A stretch of 64,000 nucleotides of DNA, taken from NCBI RefSeq assembly GCF_009914755.1, contig NC_060925.1. The stretch is one strand, 5' to 3'. A model generated the notes under the pieces. It had not been told where the DNA came from. It searched no databases and saw only the letters and a program-made list of their open reading frames with translations. The stretch's first letter is position 1. Each line of letters starts with the position of its first letter. The position numbers and the translations under genes were made by a program. Source of the stretch: the human T2T-CHM13v2.0 reference genome, Homo sapiens. Shown piece after piece: positions 17,174-30,477 of the stretch.

Positions 17174-17797
17174 CTAACAGTAACCCCTACACCCTTTTCC
17201 ATACGCACACAGGTTGCTTGATGTCTGATCTCAGGGATAAAGACTGTGGACAAAGGCAACTCTAACCCTCTAACTCTTCTCTCTCTCCTTCTCTTTCCTT
17301 GTAAAGCAGCTAAACCTTTCTCACTGCTCTGATAACTCACATAACTCCGATAACAGAGAAATTGGGTTTTTCCGAAACCAAGACTTTTAGATGTGGTCTA
17401 TAGATGTCGCTGTTGGACTCATCTTAGCGGGTTTCTCTGCTTAAATGCAAGGTTTCCTGTGCTTCCTTGAAACAAGAGTTGTGGAAGGAATGGCGCCTTT
17501 GGCCTCAAGGCTAAGAGCTCTGCTGAATGCTTGCTTCGGAAAGGCTTTTCTCGGGAGGCTGACGTGAGCTTGTGATGAAGGCAAGAATTAGGTTTCTTTC
17601 AGTCCATGCTTCCTTAATTTAAAACAAGCTTGGCCCCTGCTGAACTTTCTGGTCTCTCACCCTCTGGGGCTAGAGGAATTACTGTGCAGTTCTCTTAATA
17701 TGGAAGACCCTCTCTTGCCTCTAGGCCTTCGCCCCTGCTGTTCTCTCTGTGGGGCACCCCTCCTTCCTTTCCCCTGGATGACTCTTGATTGTCTTTT

Positions 17798-18035
17798 AGT
17801 ACAAGTGCTCAAAGTATGGTGCACACACCAGCTGCTGGCCAGGACCCTTTGTTACTGGTTTACGACAAGATGAGCTTGTGTCAGAACCTAAGTGAACTAA
17901 ATCTCTAAGCAGACCATTTATTTCAGTTCGTTCTCTTTTTTAGTGAGATTCTCTTGAAGAAGGAAGCAGTGTACTGATTTACGTTTTGACACAAGCTCTT
18001 GTCACAGCCTGGCACTTTCAGTGAGTCTGCCTTAG
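17798..18035. mobile_element. hAT-Charlie MITE (MER119-like) within an L2 remnant (about 17710-18225)
   Basis: GTGCTCAAAGTATGGT...TTTGTTACTGGTTTACGACAAGAT...GCACTTTCAGTGAG resembles Charlie-family ends. Confidence 0.5.
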
Positions 18036-19132
18036 TACAGGGCTGAAACACTCTCCTCTGGGAAACCTTGCCCAGTCCTCCCTCGACCCTTCCACCTTGA
18101 CTATGTTTGTACCCTCATCAAAACACCTGGCACACGGTTTTGGTAACTGTCTGTTTTCCCAAGGAGTTTAGAAGCATCTTTACATCATGGGTCAATTAGC
18201 TGCTGAATGGGCGGATGAATACATTTTCAATATCTTAAATTCAGATAATTTATTTAGTATAGGGTGAGAATTGTTCATGTTTTATGCAGTTTTGAATATT
18301 GTACTGTCTTCCTAATGTGGTAAAGCTGGAGTCAGGTTTCTGAGATAGAATAGAGGTAGTTCTTTAAATTCATAACCCTTTCCACAAATACCATACAGAA
18401 GCTGGAAGGTTAAATCACGTTCACTTGAAAAGGAGACACCTACTTATTACCACCATTTTAAGTTGTAAATATGGTTGAACGTGGTGTCCAGGATGCTGGC
18501 TGTCTTATCCTAGTTCTTGGCTCTCTCCCATCTGTCTGCCTAGCTCAGCCAATTCTTCCCTCAGGGCTGTGAAAGGAGGTTAAGCGGGAGCAGAGGTTTT
18601 ATCCTCCCTTAATGTTTCCAGAACATTCCTGGTTTCTTACTAAAGCCTGGATTTCCTTAAAAAAATCTGGAGTTTTGGGGGATGTACCAGGGACTTGCCA
18701 GAAGCTATCATTTCAAGAGTGTGTTTGCTTTTCCCATTTTTTCCTTCCCTTGCTGGTGATAAGCCCCCCCGCTTCTCTAAGACAGTAGGTCACCCCGAGC
18801 CCCAGGTTTCAGAATGGTAACACACTCACTACCCGTTCTGTCAAAGCAGTATCTCCCCACCAAAACCAAAGTGGGTGAAAGAACATGAAAACTCCCCAAG
18901 AGAAAAACATCCATGGCTATAAAGAGGTCCTGATTCATCACATTCCTTAACCTCTGTCTCTTCACACAAATCTACGTGCTCATTTCTTCCTCCATGCTGT
19001 GTATATTCATCCAAATACTGTGTACGTGTCCATGTGCATGTGCCAGAATGCTTTAGATAAATACTACAGGTGCAGCCACAAAAATTGTTTTAATATTAAC
19101 TCTCACTATCCCTGACCCTGGTTCACTACTAA

Positions 19133-19445
<313 letters not shown>

Positions 19446-19729
19446 ACTACTAAGCATTTTAAGGCTAAAATAATCAGAAGAAAACTTGAGATGGTTGCTC
19501 TAGCATGTTAAGTGCTTCCTGGGTGGTGTTTCACTCTGCATTACATGACTAATTCAATAAATTTAATTTTCTATTCCAAGTTCCTCAGAGGAAACTTGCT
19601 TTCCTTCAGAATCAGCCTTCCAGCCAGGAGGATCCTGGATTAAAGTCAAAAATATGACTCAGTTGTTGGCAGCCTTTGAACTATTGCCAGAGGAGACTTT
19701 CATTAGCAACAATTATACAAATCTGACAT

Positions 19730-19940
19730 TTACAAAGGGATTCAAAAATGCATAAAGTAGTTCCATTTCTATGACTTCACCTGATCCTTCAAAAGAGCAT
19801 ACATTTTCATCATTTTAAGAATGAAGAATTTGAGGCTCAGAGATTTCAGGTATTTAGCCCCAAATCTCACAGACAGTAAGTGGCTAGTCAGGACTTAATG
19901 GCACACATGCTGATTCTGGTTCTGGTGTCTTCCTCCCATG
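19730..19940 (-). mobile_element. MIR
   Basis: CATTTTAAGAATGAAGAATTTGAGGCTCAGAGA...TCACAGACAGTAAGTGGC. Confidence 0.65.
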
Positions 19941-20377
19941 CCTTTGGCCTAGTGAAAGGCCATGAGAGGCAGCCTCCAGAAAGCCTCTGGGAGCCAATGA
20001 GGAGCAAATACCATGCTCATGACAGATGACCTCAACCTGTCCTTTCTTCCCCAGTCAGCCAGGGTGGATTGAAAGAAACTAGCTCCCCTAGGCTGCAAGG
20101 GCAGTGTCTGATAAATGTCACTACCATGGGCCTGGTGGGCCTTGACATGCACCTGCTTCTCCGGAGCCTAAGCAGCTCTCCGGGGATAGGCCAGAGCACC
20201 TGCACCAGCTAAGGCCAAGTCCAAAGCAGCTCTGTCTCTACAGCCTTCCTTTTCTTCCAATGACTAGGATAACAAAATGTGACAAACAATTACTTCCAAT
20301 TGTCACTTGTCTTTAGTGTACAAGATGAGTTTAAGGATTTGGAGATGAGACTGGGAGCAGCGGAGACTTAATCACAC

Positions 20378-20697
20378 TTTTTTTTTCTTTTTCGTTTTTT
20401 TTTTTTTGTTTTTTGAGATGGGGCCTCACTCTGTTACCCAGGCTGGAGTGTAGTGGTGCCATCTTGGCTCAGTGCAGCCGCAATGCCCTGGGCTCAGGTG
20501 ATTCTCCCACCTCAGCCTCCTGAGTAGCTGGGACTACAGTCACGTGCCACCATGCCTGGCTCATTTGTTGCATTTTTAGTGGAGACAGGGTTTTGCTATG
20601 TTACCCAGGTTAGTCTTGAACGCCTGGACTCAAGTAATCTGCCAGCCTCAGCCTCCCAGAGTACTGGGATTACAGGCATGAGCCACTACATCTGGCC
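20378..20697 (-). mobile_element. AluJ
   Basis: Dimer; TSD TTAATCACAC. Confidence 0.92.
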
Positions 20698-20724
20698 TTA
20701 ATCACACATTTGAAAAGTTCTGTG

Positions 20725-21416
20725 GCTACTATTAAAAACTCAAACAACAACAGATGCTGGTGAGGTTGCAGAGAAAAGGGAACACTTATACACTGATGGT
20801 GGAAATATACATTAATTCAGCCACTGTGGAAAGCAGTGTGGAGATTTCTCAAAGAATTCAGAACTGCAATTCAACTTGGTAATGCCATTACTGGATATAT
20901 ATTCAAAGGAAAATAAATTGCTCTCCCAAAAAGACACAACCACTCATATGTTTATTGCAGCACTATTTACAATAGCAAAGACATGGAACCAATCAGAAGC
21001 CCATCAGTGGTGGACTGGATAAAGAAAATGTGGTGCATATACACCATGGAATACTATGCAGCCATAAAAAGGAATAAAATCATGTCCTCTGTAGTAACAT
21101 AGATCCAACTGGAAGCCATTATCCTAAGCAAATTAATGCAGGAATCGAAAACCAAATGTACTGCATGTTCTCACTTATAACTGGGAGCTAAACGTTGAAT
21201 AGACATGGAAATAAAGACGGCAAAAATATCACTGGGGACTGCTTGAGAGAAGAGGGTGGGAGGCCTGCAAGCAATGAAAAACTATTGGGTACTATGCTCA
21301 CTACCTGGGGGATGGGATCATTCATACACTAAGCCTCAGTGACACACAATTTACCCATGTAACAAATCTGCATATGTACCCCTGGAACCTAAATTATAAG
21401 TAGAAGAAGAAAAAAA
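20725..21416 (+). mobile_element. L1 3' end (L1PB/L1MA-like)
   Basis: AACAACAGATGCTGGTGAGGTTGCAGAGAAAAGGGAACAC...CATGTTCTCACTTATAA...CATATGTACCCCTGGAACCTAAA. Confidence 0.9.
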
Positions 21417-22123
21417 TTTCTATACTTTCACTTAGAAACGATATGTCTTTGTTATAATTTCCTGTGGAGCTCAGGATTAGCAGCTGAAATTTTCTTAGAA
21501 TTAAATATACAGATTATGAGTTCTCCATTAACCTTGTCAGTTGGAGGTAATTTCACTGGAGCTATAACACAGCTGAAAAATATTACATCTTTCAACATGG
21601 AAAAAAAAAGAGTCTGGAAAAGTCTACTGAAAATTTCATTTGATTTCACAGAATTTGCTTGTGAAGGTTTCGGTGAAAAGGAAACATAATTACAATTAAC
21701 ATCTGAAAATCGCTTATCATTGTGCTTGCCCAAACTACACGGATTTCTGTCTGAAGCTCTGGAAACCGAATGTTTTTTAAATAATGCGTTTGCTGAAAAT
21801 GGATAAGGATAAAAGCTTTTGTTTCCCGTTGTGTTTTGATTGATTAGATTCCCAACTGTTGGAAGATTTCAAAATTAGTTTTAGACAGTAGCTGGACCAG
21901 CCCATTTCCCTCCCTCTAGGGCAACAGAGGCAAGAGCAGAACTCTCTGCTGTCAGTCCTTTGGCCTCAGGGAGAGTTCAAATACACAGTCTGCAGGAAAT
22001 AGGGGTCAAAATCAAAATCAAAAACAGGTGGAAATGGAAAATAATTTAATTCTAAGAAGATTTCAGCTACTAATATTGAACTTGGTAGAAAATTAGAACA
22101 AAGGGATAGTTTGTAAATGAAAG

Positions 22124-22836
22124 TGTTAGATTAGGTAGTTAGGCAGACATTTGCAAGACAGGAGAGGGCCTCCCCAGGAATGTCAGGCAACCATCAAGAG
22201 ATGGTCAGCTGGTTGTTAAACTGTCTGTCTGAAATGATAATTGGTCACAGCCAGCTCCAGAGGAAGACGGTCTCCCAATAGATAGAAAACACCTCAAGAT
22301 GGTGACCAACAACTTTTTGATAATATCTCAAGAGTTGGGTAATCAGGCCCATCCATGCACGCTAAGAGGCAAAATGGTGGATGTATGACCTTCCTCTGAG
22401 GGCATTCCACCAGTAAAGGAAAATCGCCCCTAGAAAGCATACATACAACCTCAGTAAATGCAGTACGCATGCAGTCACCATCCCGAGTGCTGACTGACAC
22501 TGCGCATGTGGCAGTTGAGTGACAACACACCTGAAGGGAAGAATGACAGGAGTAGAAAAGAAAACCATGAAACCATGCCAATGTACCAAACCCCAAGCCA
22601 AGGGCTGAATGGGGCCCTTGGATCTCAAGTTGCCTGCTTGGCCGTCTTCCAAATGTACTTTGCTTCCTTTCACTCCTGCTCTAAAACTTTTTAATAAACT
22701 CTCACTCCTGCTCCAAAACTTGCCTTGGTGTCTCCCTCTGTCTTAAACCTACTTTTGCCACTTAGCCGAATTCCCTCTTCTGAGGAGGCAAGGATCAAGT
22801 TTGCTGCAGGCTCACATGGATTTGCCACTGGTCACA
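22124..22836 (+). mobile_element. ERV1 solo LTR, MER50-like
   Basis: TGTTAGATTAGGTAGTTAGGCAGAC...CA termini, AATAAA in the R region, perfect 4-bp TSD AAAG. Confidence 0.8.
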
Positions 22837-23026
22837 AAAGTACAGCAAGTATAGAAAAATGAGAGACTAAAAGGAAAAATAAGAGGTCCAAACCACAAAG
22901 TCAGCAGTCACTGAGGGCAGGAGATTTCCTGCTTCAGCCAGAAGGGTCTGTTTTATGTGTGAGTCTCTCATCTTTATCATTCTGCCACGTGAAGTCACCA
23001 CTGTAGGAAGGGACAGATGATGGTAA

Positions 23027-23830
23027 TGAAATGGGAAAGATTCCACTGTCCCCCTCATAGGGCCTGCGATGGGGGAGTGGCTTAGTTCTTCAGTGCCCCA
23101 CTGCACAAACTTCTAGGGGGGCATACAGATGGGCAGGCTGTGGGGCTCCGACCCCACAGCAGTGTCTAGGGGTGAATGCTTACAGCTTCTGAGGCCCCAA
23201 TGGGCGTGTGTTGCAGGGTGCTTTTTCAGTTTGCCATCTATAGGGAGCTTATGTTAATCAGCTCAATTAGACCTTGTACCTTGTTGCAAGGACAGAGGGC
23301 TTTCTGTATCCCGGGTTCTTGCCTTGGTGTACCAGAAGAATCAGATCACATGTGGGCTTGGAGAATGAGTGAAAAGTTTTATTGAGTGGAAGTAGCTCTC
23401 CGCCTATGGGGGAGCCAGAAGGGAGATGGTTTCCCCTGGAGTTGGGCCGTTCAGTGGCTCTGGCTCTTCTCCAACTGCTCCAGCCAAACTCCACCTCGTC
23501 CCATTGATGGATGGCCTGCCAGCATGCCGGTGTCTGTCAGTGTGTTCTTCCACTGGCATGCTCCCTAAACCTCCTCTCACCATCCAGCCTCTTGTGTCTT
23601 CTTCCGCCGATGTGCTGCTCTCAACATTTGGAAGCCTGTGTGTCTGCCCACTGGCACTTGGGTTTTATAGGCCCAGGATGGGGGTGTGGTAGGCCAGGGT
23701 GGTCTTGGAAAATGCAACATTTTAGCACGAAAGCAGGAGTGCCTGTCCTCACCGAGGTCCATGGGGGTAGAGACCTAGCCAGGGACCCACCTTTCTCTAC
23801 CCATCACTTCCCTGCCCCACTCTTGTATCA
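23027..23830 (-). mobile_element. ERV1 solo LTR (LTR27/LTR28/MER52 group)
   Basis: Minus strand TGATACAAGAGTGGGGCAGGGAAGTG...CCTATAAAACCC...CAATAAAAC...CCCATTTCA; TSD GTAA/GTGA. Confidence 0.7.
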
Positions 23831-24869
23831 GTGACACAGCAGCCAGGCTCCTGAGCAGGCAGGACTGCTACTGACCAGGGCCACATTAAACTTATAACCT
23901 CCAGCCAGAGCCATGCAGACCTATCAAGGCTTGTGGGCCTCTAATTCTGTCACACAACAGAGGGAGACCAGACTTTTGGACAGGAGATTCCCCTGTGCAT
24001 TGTAACCAAGGACCCCCTCATTCCCATGAGATACCCTGCAGCTGAGAAAAAGAATAAATAAGTCTGTGTCCTGACAAGGAAGCCTATTCCTAAGAGACTG
24101 TTGAGAGCAGCAACCATGTTTGAAAGATTCCCTATTATTTAATGTATTCACAATAATCATATGTTGTTTAACTCCTTAAAAATACACACATATTTTGCAA
24201 AGGCTGTTTAAAAAATAAATAAAATAAAAAATAAATCCACACATAGTTGGAGTTTCCCAAACTAAGAGAGGAAAAAAAAAATAAGCCATGGGCCTTTATT
24301 CAGGTATTACACTTGACTCTGTGATACTTCTGTCTGAATTCTACAGAACTGGGCAGTGAGTGCTGCCTTATGCGGTCAACTCCCAAAAGTAGCTCATCAA
24401 TATCTCATCTCTACCCCTTTTCTATTTTATGCCATTTCAAAGAGCCCAACTGTCATCTGTGCACACCAAAACCACTCCATAAATGCTAGTGGGGTTTGTG
24501 GACCTCAGCTCCATACTGATATACAAATTACTGCAGCTGTTTGCGGTTATTTGTATTTACGAGGCCATGTGAACATTTTATTTCTTAGGCCAGTACAGCT
24601 AGAAAGACAAAATGTGGTCTCTAGTGAAAACCAATTGCCCATTAGTTAGAATTTAAGCCCACATTTGCACTCAGCATTGTGCGAGATTTACAAGATCCAT
24701 CAGGGATAATTGCTGCCTTTTGGAAATTTGCACTGTGAAAGAAAAAGCATATAAGTATAAATAGGGAACATAGGTATCTGAAAAAATTTAAACTGCCCTT
24801 TGGCAGCTGTCCATTGTCACCAGAGAGGAGAGATTGCCTGATGTTTCCCCAGAGGCCTCACATGGTGGC

Positions 24870-24883
24870 CCGCCATCTCTTGG
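24870..24883 (-). promoter_or_regulatory. Candidate CTCF motif in apparently unique DNA
   Basis: Minus strand CCAAGAGATGGCGG vs consensus CCASYAGRKGGCRS (2 mismatches). Confidence 0.25.
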
Positions 24884-25095
24884 CAACTTTCCCGGGCCCA
24901 GCCTCAGCCTACAAGCTTGGAAATTTAATTTTGCGCCTGTCTCTTAGAGGCAGACTAATAAGCTCAAAGAACTGATAGTAAAAGGCTGAACACCAACTTA
25001 TTTATTCATTTGAGAAATTATTAAGGAACAGAAGACTCACATTTGTATGACCAGTGGATTTTCTGACTATTGAGGGACTTATGAGGCAAGTCTGC

Positions 25096-25160
25096 TCAGT
25101 TAGCAATAATCGTGCCTTGGATAAACCTCACTGGCTATGATACTGCCACTTCACAAAGCT
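25096..25160 (-). pseudogene. U4 snRNA pseudogene, 3'-truncated (nt about 1-65)
   Basis: Minus strand AGCTTTGTGAAGTGGCAGTATCATAGCCAGTGAGGTTTATCCAAGGCACGATTATTGCTAACTGA vs U4 AGCTTTGCGCAGTGGCAGTATCGTAGCCAATGAGGTTTATCCGAGGCGCGATTATTGCTAATTGA (recalled; about 7 mismatches, several CpG transitions). Confidence 0.92.
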
Positions 25161-25641
25161 GCCAGCTTGCTCAGGATGTGAAGGCTGTTGAGGTGGGTAA
25201 AATCAGAACAATGGAAATTGATCAGACAAAGATTCGATGGCATCCCGCTGAGCTCCCCTGAGAATTCATCTCCTGTTGGGGATGGCCAAGAACTCACTTG
25301 TGAGACCAAATTGCCCACTGAGGAGTGCCCCATGGAGATGAGACATATACTGAGCTGAACTGGTGAAGTAGGTCCTGCTTATTATGGGGTCCAAAAGGAA
25401 TACATAATCAGGTTACTGGCCTCAAGGGGAAATATCTATTGGTGGAAGAAAGAATTGTTTTTATAACATTCTTTCAAATATTGGGCTGAATTCTATTCCT
25501 GATGTTGCTGGCTAATAATCATGTCAATGGTAAATCCCCTCACATGTTGATGCCTTAGTTTCTCCATCTAAGGAGTGAGATCTATGTACTACCTGTCGTC
25601 TTCGGCTTCCTCAGGAGTGCAGGGTACAAAGTTGCTTATAC

Positions 25642-26545
<904 letters not shown>

Positions 26546-27058
26546 ATATTTGCAATTTACCTTAATCTCAGAGAAAGGATAGAAGGGCACCAAGAACAGG
26601 AAGATGTACATCTATCCTTTCTCTGAGAGCAAGGTAAAGTACAAGCATTGTAGGCACATCTCAGTCTTTAGGCAACCAATGCTCTGTGAAGCCCAAAATT
26701 TAAAAAATAAATAAATAAAAAGAGGAAGTAGGGGAGAAATCTGAGTGATAAACTAATCACCATCAAGAAAAACAAAAAAAGCCCATGCACTTATTCAGCA
26801 GGAGAGACTGTTAGGGACTCAATAAAATGAGTCTTTAATTGCCCATCTACATAATACACACATTTAATTGACTAGTTTGCTGGCACAAATAGTGTATGAT
26901 TGAAAGAGAAAACAACAATCAATTCTTGCTATTGTGGCTTCAAAAAATAGACAAAAAAAGATAAGTTAAAACTATGCAATTAGGCACATGAACTGAGATT
27001 GTAGTCTGGTGCTGTTTTCTGCAGAGCATGCTGCTCCTTACTGGCCCCAGATTATCCC

Positions 27059-27424
27059 AGTATTAGTCTGTTCTCATCATGGTGCTAATAAAGACATACC
27101 TGAGACTGGGTAATTTATAAAGGAAATAAGTTCAGTGGACTCACAGTTCCACATGGCTTGGGAGGCCTCACAATATGTTGGAAGGCATTGGAGGAGCAAA
27201 GTCACATCTTACATGGCGGCAGGCAAAAGAGCGTGTGCAGGGGAACTGCCCTTTATAAAACCATCAGATCTCATGAGACTTATTCACTATCATAAGAACA
27301 GCACAGGAAAGATTCACCCCCATGATTCGATTACCTTCCACCAGGTCCCTCCCTTGACACATGGGGATTATGAGAGCTACAGTTCAAGATAAGATTTGGG
27401 TGGGGACACAGCCAACCCATATCA
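27059..27424 (-). mobile_element. THE1 solo LTR
   Basis: GTATTAGTCTG...CCCATATCA; perfect 5-bp TSD ATCCC. Confidence 0.92.
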
Positions 27425-28224
27425 ATCCCTCTGTCACAGTCTGGGGGCTACCGGCCATCACAGTTGGGATCCTGACTCAGGGAGGATAAATATTAAATTA
27501 GCATTACTATACCTCACCTAAATATTCAAAGGCTGAATTTAAAATACATTTTTCCTATGGCTCAAGGACATCAGTTAAGAAAAAAAGGAAATACATTTTT
27601 TCCTTAACTGATTAGAAATGATTTAAATAAGTACTTAAAGGGTTATGTTTTCATTGACTGCAAAATTCACTTGAGTGAAATGGCTTATTTTCTATGATGC
27701 CAAATAAATGCAAGGGAAAATTCTCTTTTTCCTTGACTCCAATCTCAACTATCTTAGCTTTGAACACATATTTAGATTTTTTTGTCTTCAAAGTGTATAA
27801 AATTTTCAAAATCTTCTTATGTGCCTTTAAATTTCATCCTCACAGAAGAAAGGGTTGCATACATTTAAAAAAAATAGCAACAACCAAAGGATAAAATCTT
27901 AAAGGATATAATGCTACAAGAGCTACAAAATGACTCATTATTTGGGGGAGTTTTTAAAATGGGCTCTCTTTATAGTATCTGTATCAAGTCAACAAGTACC
28001 TTTATCTTCAAGGTGTCCTCATTGTTATGTTAAAAAGCATTGCAAGTATCCACACTAGGAACATTACGATGAAGTCTGAGACTAAGAGAGGAGTCCACAG
28101 AGAAAAATCAGGTGCAGCGGGAGGCTGAAGGTCAGGGGATGGAGGTGGGGTGCTCCTAGCAGACGAGGGGAATGGGTATAGAATGGGTTGAGGAGGAATG
28201 TGGGAAAATGAGATTGATTTAAAG

Positions 28225-29038
28225 TGAGGACTAAACTCTGATCTTTTATTTTTTCTCTTGCCCAAATTGCTATCTAAGTGGTCTGGGGAGTCATGCCCTA
28301 CAAATCATAACATCTCTTTAGATGGGATTTTATTAACCCTATATAATGTGGCTTACTTTCCAAGCTGATTCTGGTATAGCATCACATGACTGCAGATCAT
28401 AAGATAAATCAAAATATTTTACCCTCAAATATATTTCTTTGACATATTTTGAAATGACTGCTGCAAGGCCAGCAGACTGAGGTAGGGAAAATTATTATCT
28501 ATCAATAATCTCCATTAATGCAGCCATCTTTCCCTTTTCTATGTCTTTCCCAGATCTAGGAGAGATTGAGAGTCTGACACTTTTAAAAGTCTGAAAAGAA
28601 ACATGTACCATCAGTTCTCTCTGAGGGCCACCACCTATGAGGCTTCACCTACATAATAAGAACCTTGGCCCCCACAACCTCCTTACCTTAACTCAGGCAT
28701 TCCTTTCTCCTAATTTCAAGCCTTTAAACAATAGCTTAACTCTTTCAACCAATTGTCAACTAAAGATTTCCTAAGACTCACCTATGCCTTGCAAACTTCT
28801 GCTTAGGTGTCCTGCCTTTTTCGACCAAACCAAAGTATGTCTTCCACATACTGATTTGTGGTTTTACCTGAAATTCCCATCTCCTTGTAATGTATAAAAC
28901 CAGGTCATAACCTGACCACTTTGGGGACACTTTCTCAGAACTTCTTGAGATTGTGTAGTCCAGGCCTCTGTCACTCATACTGGCTTAGAATAAACCTCTT
29001 TAAATACATTTTGGCAGAATTTGTTTTTTCCATCATCA
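28225..29038 (+). mobile_element. MER4-group solo LTR (MER4D-like)
   Basis: TGAGGACTAAACTCTGATC...CTTGCCCAAATTGCTATCTAAG...AATAAACCTC...CA; perfect TSD AAAG. Confidence 0.8.
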
Positions 29039-29460
29039 AAAGTAGAGGAGGTATAAGCAGACAGGGAGGATCTCCAGCAATTATAGAAATTTAATCGATT
29101 TGAGCAATCAGCCTGTTTTACAGCTTCCTGCCCTGCAGTCTGTTTCTTCCTAAGTCCAGTGTGGAATGCAGTCACCTACTTGGTGAAAACCAGCTCCTGA
29201 CAGATTCCAGCAATTTACAGACAAACCTAAGTGAAGTTTCCTCATTACCATGCTAAAGTCTCCACTCCAGGGAGGAGCTATAGCTTCATTATCATAACAT
29301 GCAACATATGTGATGGCTCAATGACTCACTGTGGCTGTGCCACTGGGACACCTCCTCCACATGCAATGACACACCCTCCCCCCTCTCCATCTCCCCATAA
29401 GACCCTCCTGTCACTTTCCTTCCTGGAGACACTGGCTTGGAGCATACCCCAGCATCCTCC

Positions 29461-30278
29461 TGTGAACGAAAAATAAAATTCTAAGCTCCCACAACCAACT
29501 GGATGGACCCCTCTTGGCCAAGGGTATTCCAAAGTTAACCTGAAACACCAGTTGAGGCTGTGATGGGGATGGGTGATTGGACTTGCCTCATTATACTCTC
29601 CTCTCTTTGGAATTTAGGTACAAATGACCAGCATTAACATTAAAACAGAGACTTTAAAAAGGAGACTCTGTAGCAATTAGAAACCAACATGAAAAATAAC
29701 AGTCCCTGAAAGAAATCAAAGCATTTTACCCCAAAATATATTTTTTGATATACTTTGAAATGTCCCTGCAAAGATGTCTTTTGTGGGGAAAAATCTACAT
29801 TCTGTAAAGAATCCCCTTCCCTTTCCAGGTCTTTTTCCTGATCCAGAAGCAAATTAAGAGTCTGGTACCTTTTTAAGTCTGATAACAAGCATTTACAATC
29901 TATTCTTTCTGAGGCCTGCTACCTGGAAGCTTCATCTGCAAAATAAGAACTTTGGTCTCCACAACCCCTTATCTTAATCCAGACACTCCCTTCTATTGAT
30001 TCCAGGTCTTTTGACACACTCTTTCAACCAATTGTCCATCAGAAAATCTTTGAGTCCACCTATGACCTGAAAGCCTCTGCTTAGAGTTGTTCCACCTTTC
30101 CTGACCAAACCAGGTCTTGATTGATATCTTATGTCTCCCTAAAACCAAGCTGCAGCCAGACCACCTTGGGTACATGTTCTGAGGACCTCCCGAGGCTGTG
30201 TCATGGGTGTGTCCCCAACCTTGGCAAAATAAACTTCCAAATTGATTGAGACCTGTCTCAGACACTTTTTGGTTTATA
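29461..30278 (+). mobile_element. MER4-group solo LTR (MER4A/B/E-like)
   Basis: TGTGAACGAAAAATAAAATTCTAAG...CTCAGACACTTTTTGGTTTATA; perfect TSD CTCC. Confidence 0.85.
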
Positions 30279-30313
30279 CTCCTTACTTGTACCAAGTAAT
30301 AATTATCCTATGG

Positions 30314-30477
30314 GGCCAGGTGCAGTGGCTCACGCCTGTTATCCCAGCACTTTTGGAGGCCAAGGTGAAAGAATCACTTGAGCCTAGGAGGTCAAGGCTT
30401 CAGTGAACTAGTTTGCACCACTGCACTCTAACCTGGGTGACAGAATTAGACCTCCTTTCAAACAAACAAACAAACAA
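30314..30477 (+). mobile_element. Alu monomer (FRAM-like or collapsed AluJ)
   Basis: Left-arm 5' start joined to right-arm 3' end, (CAAA)n tail. Confidence 0.8.
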
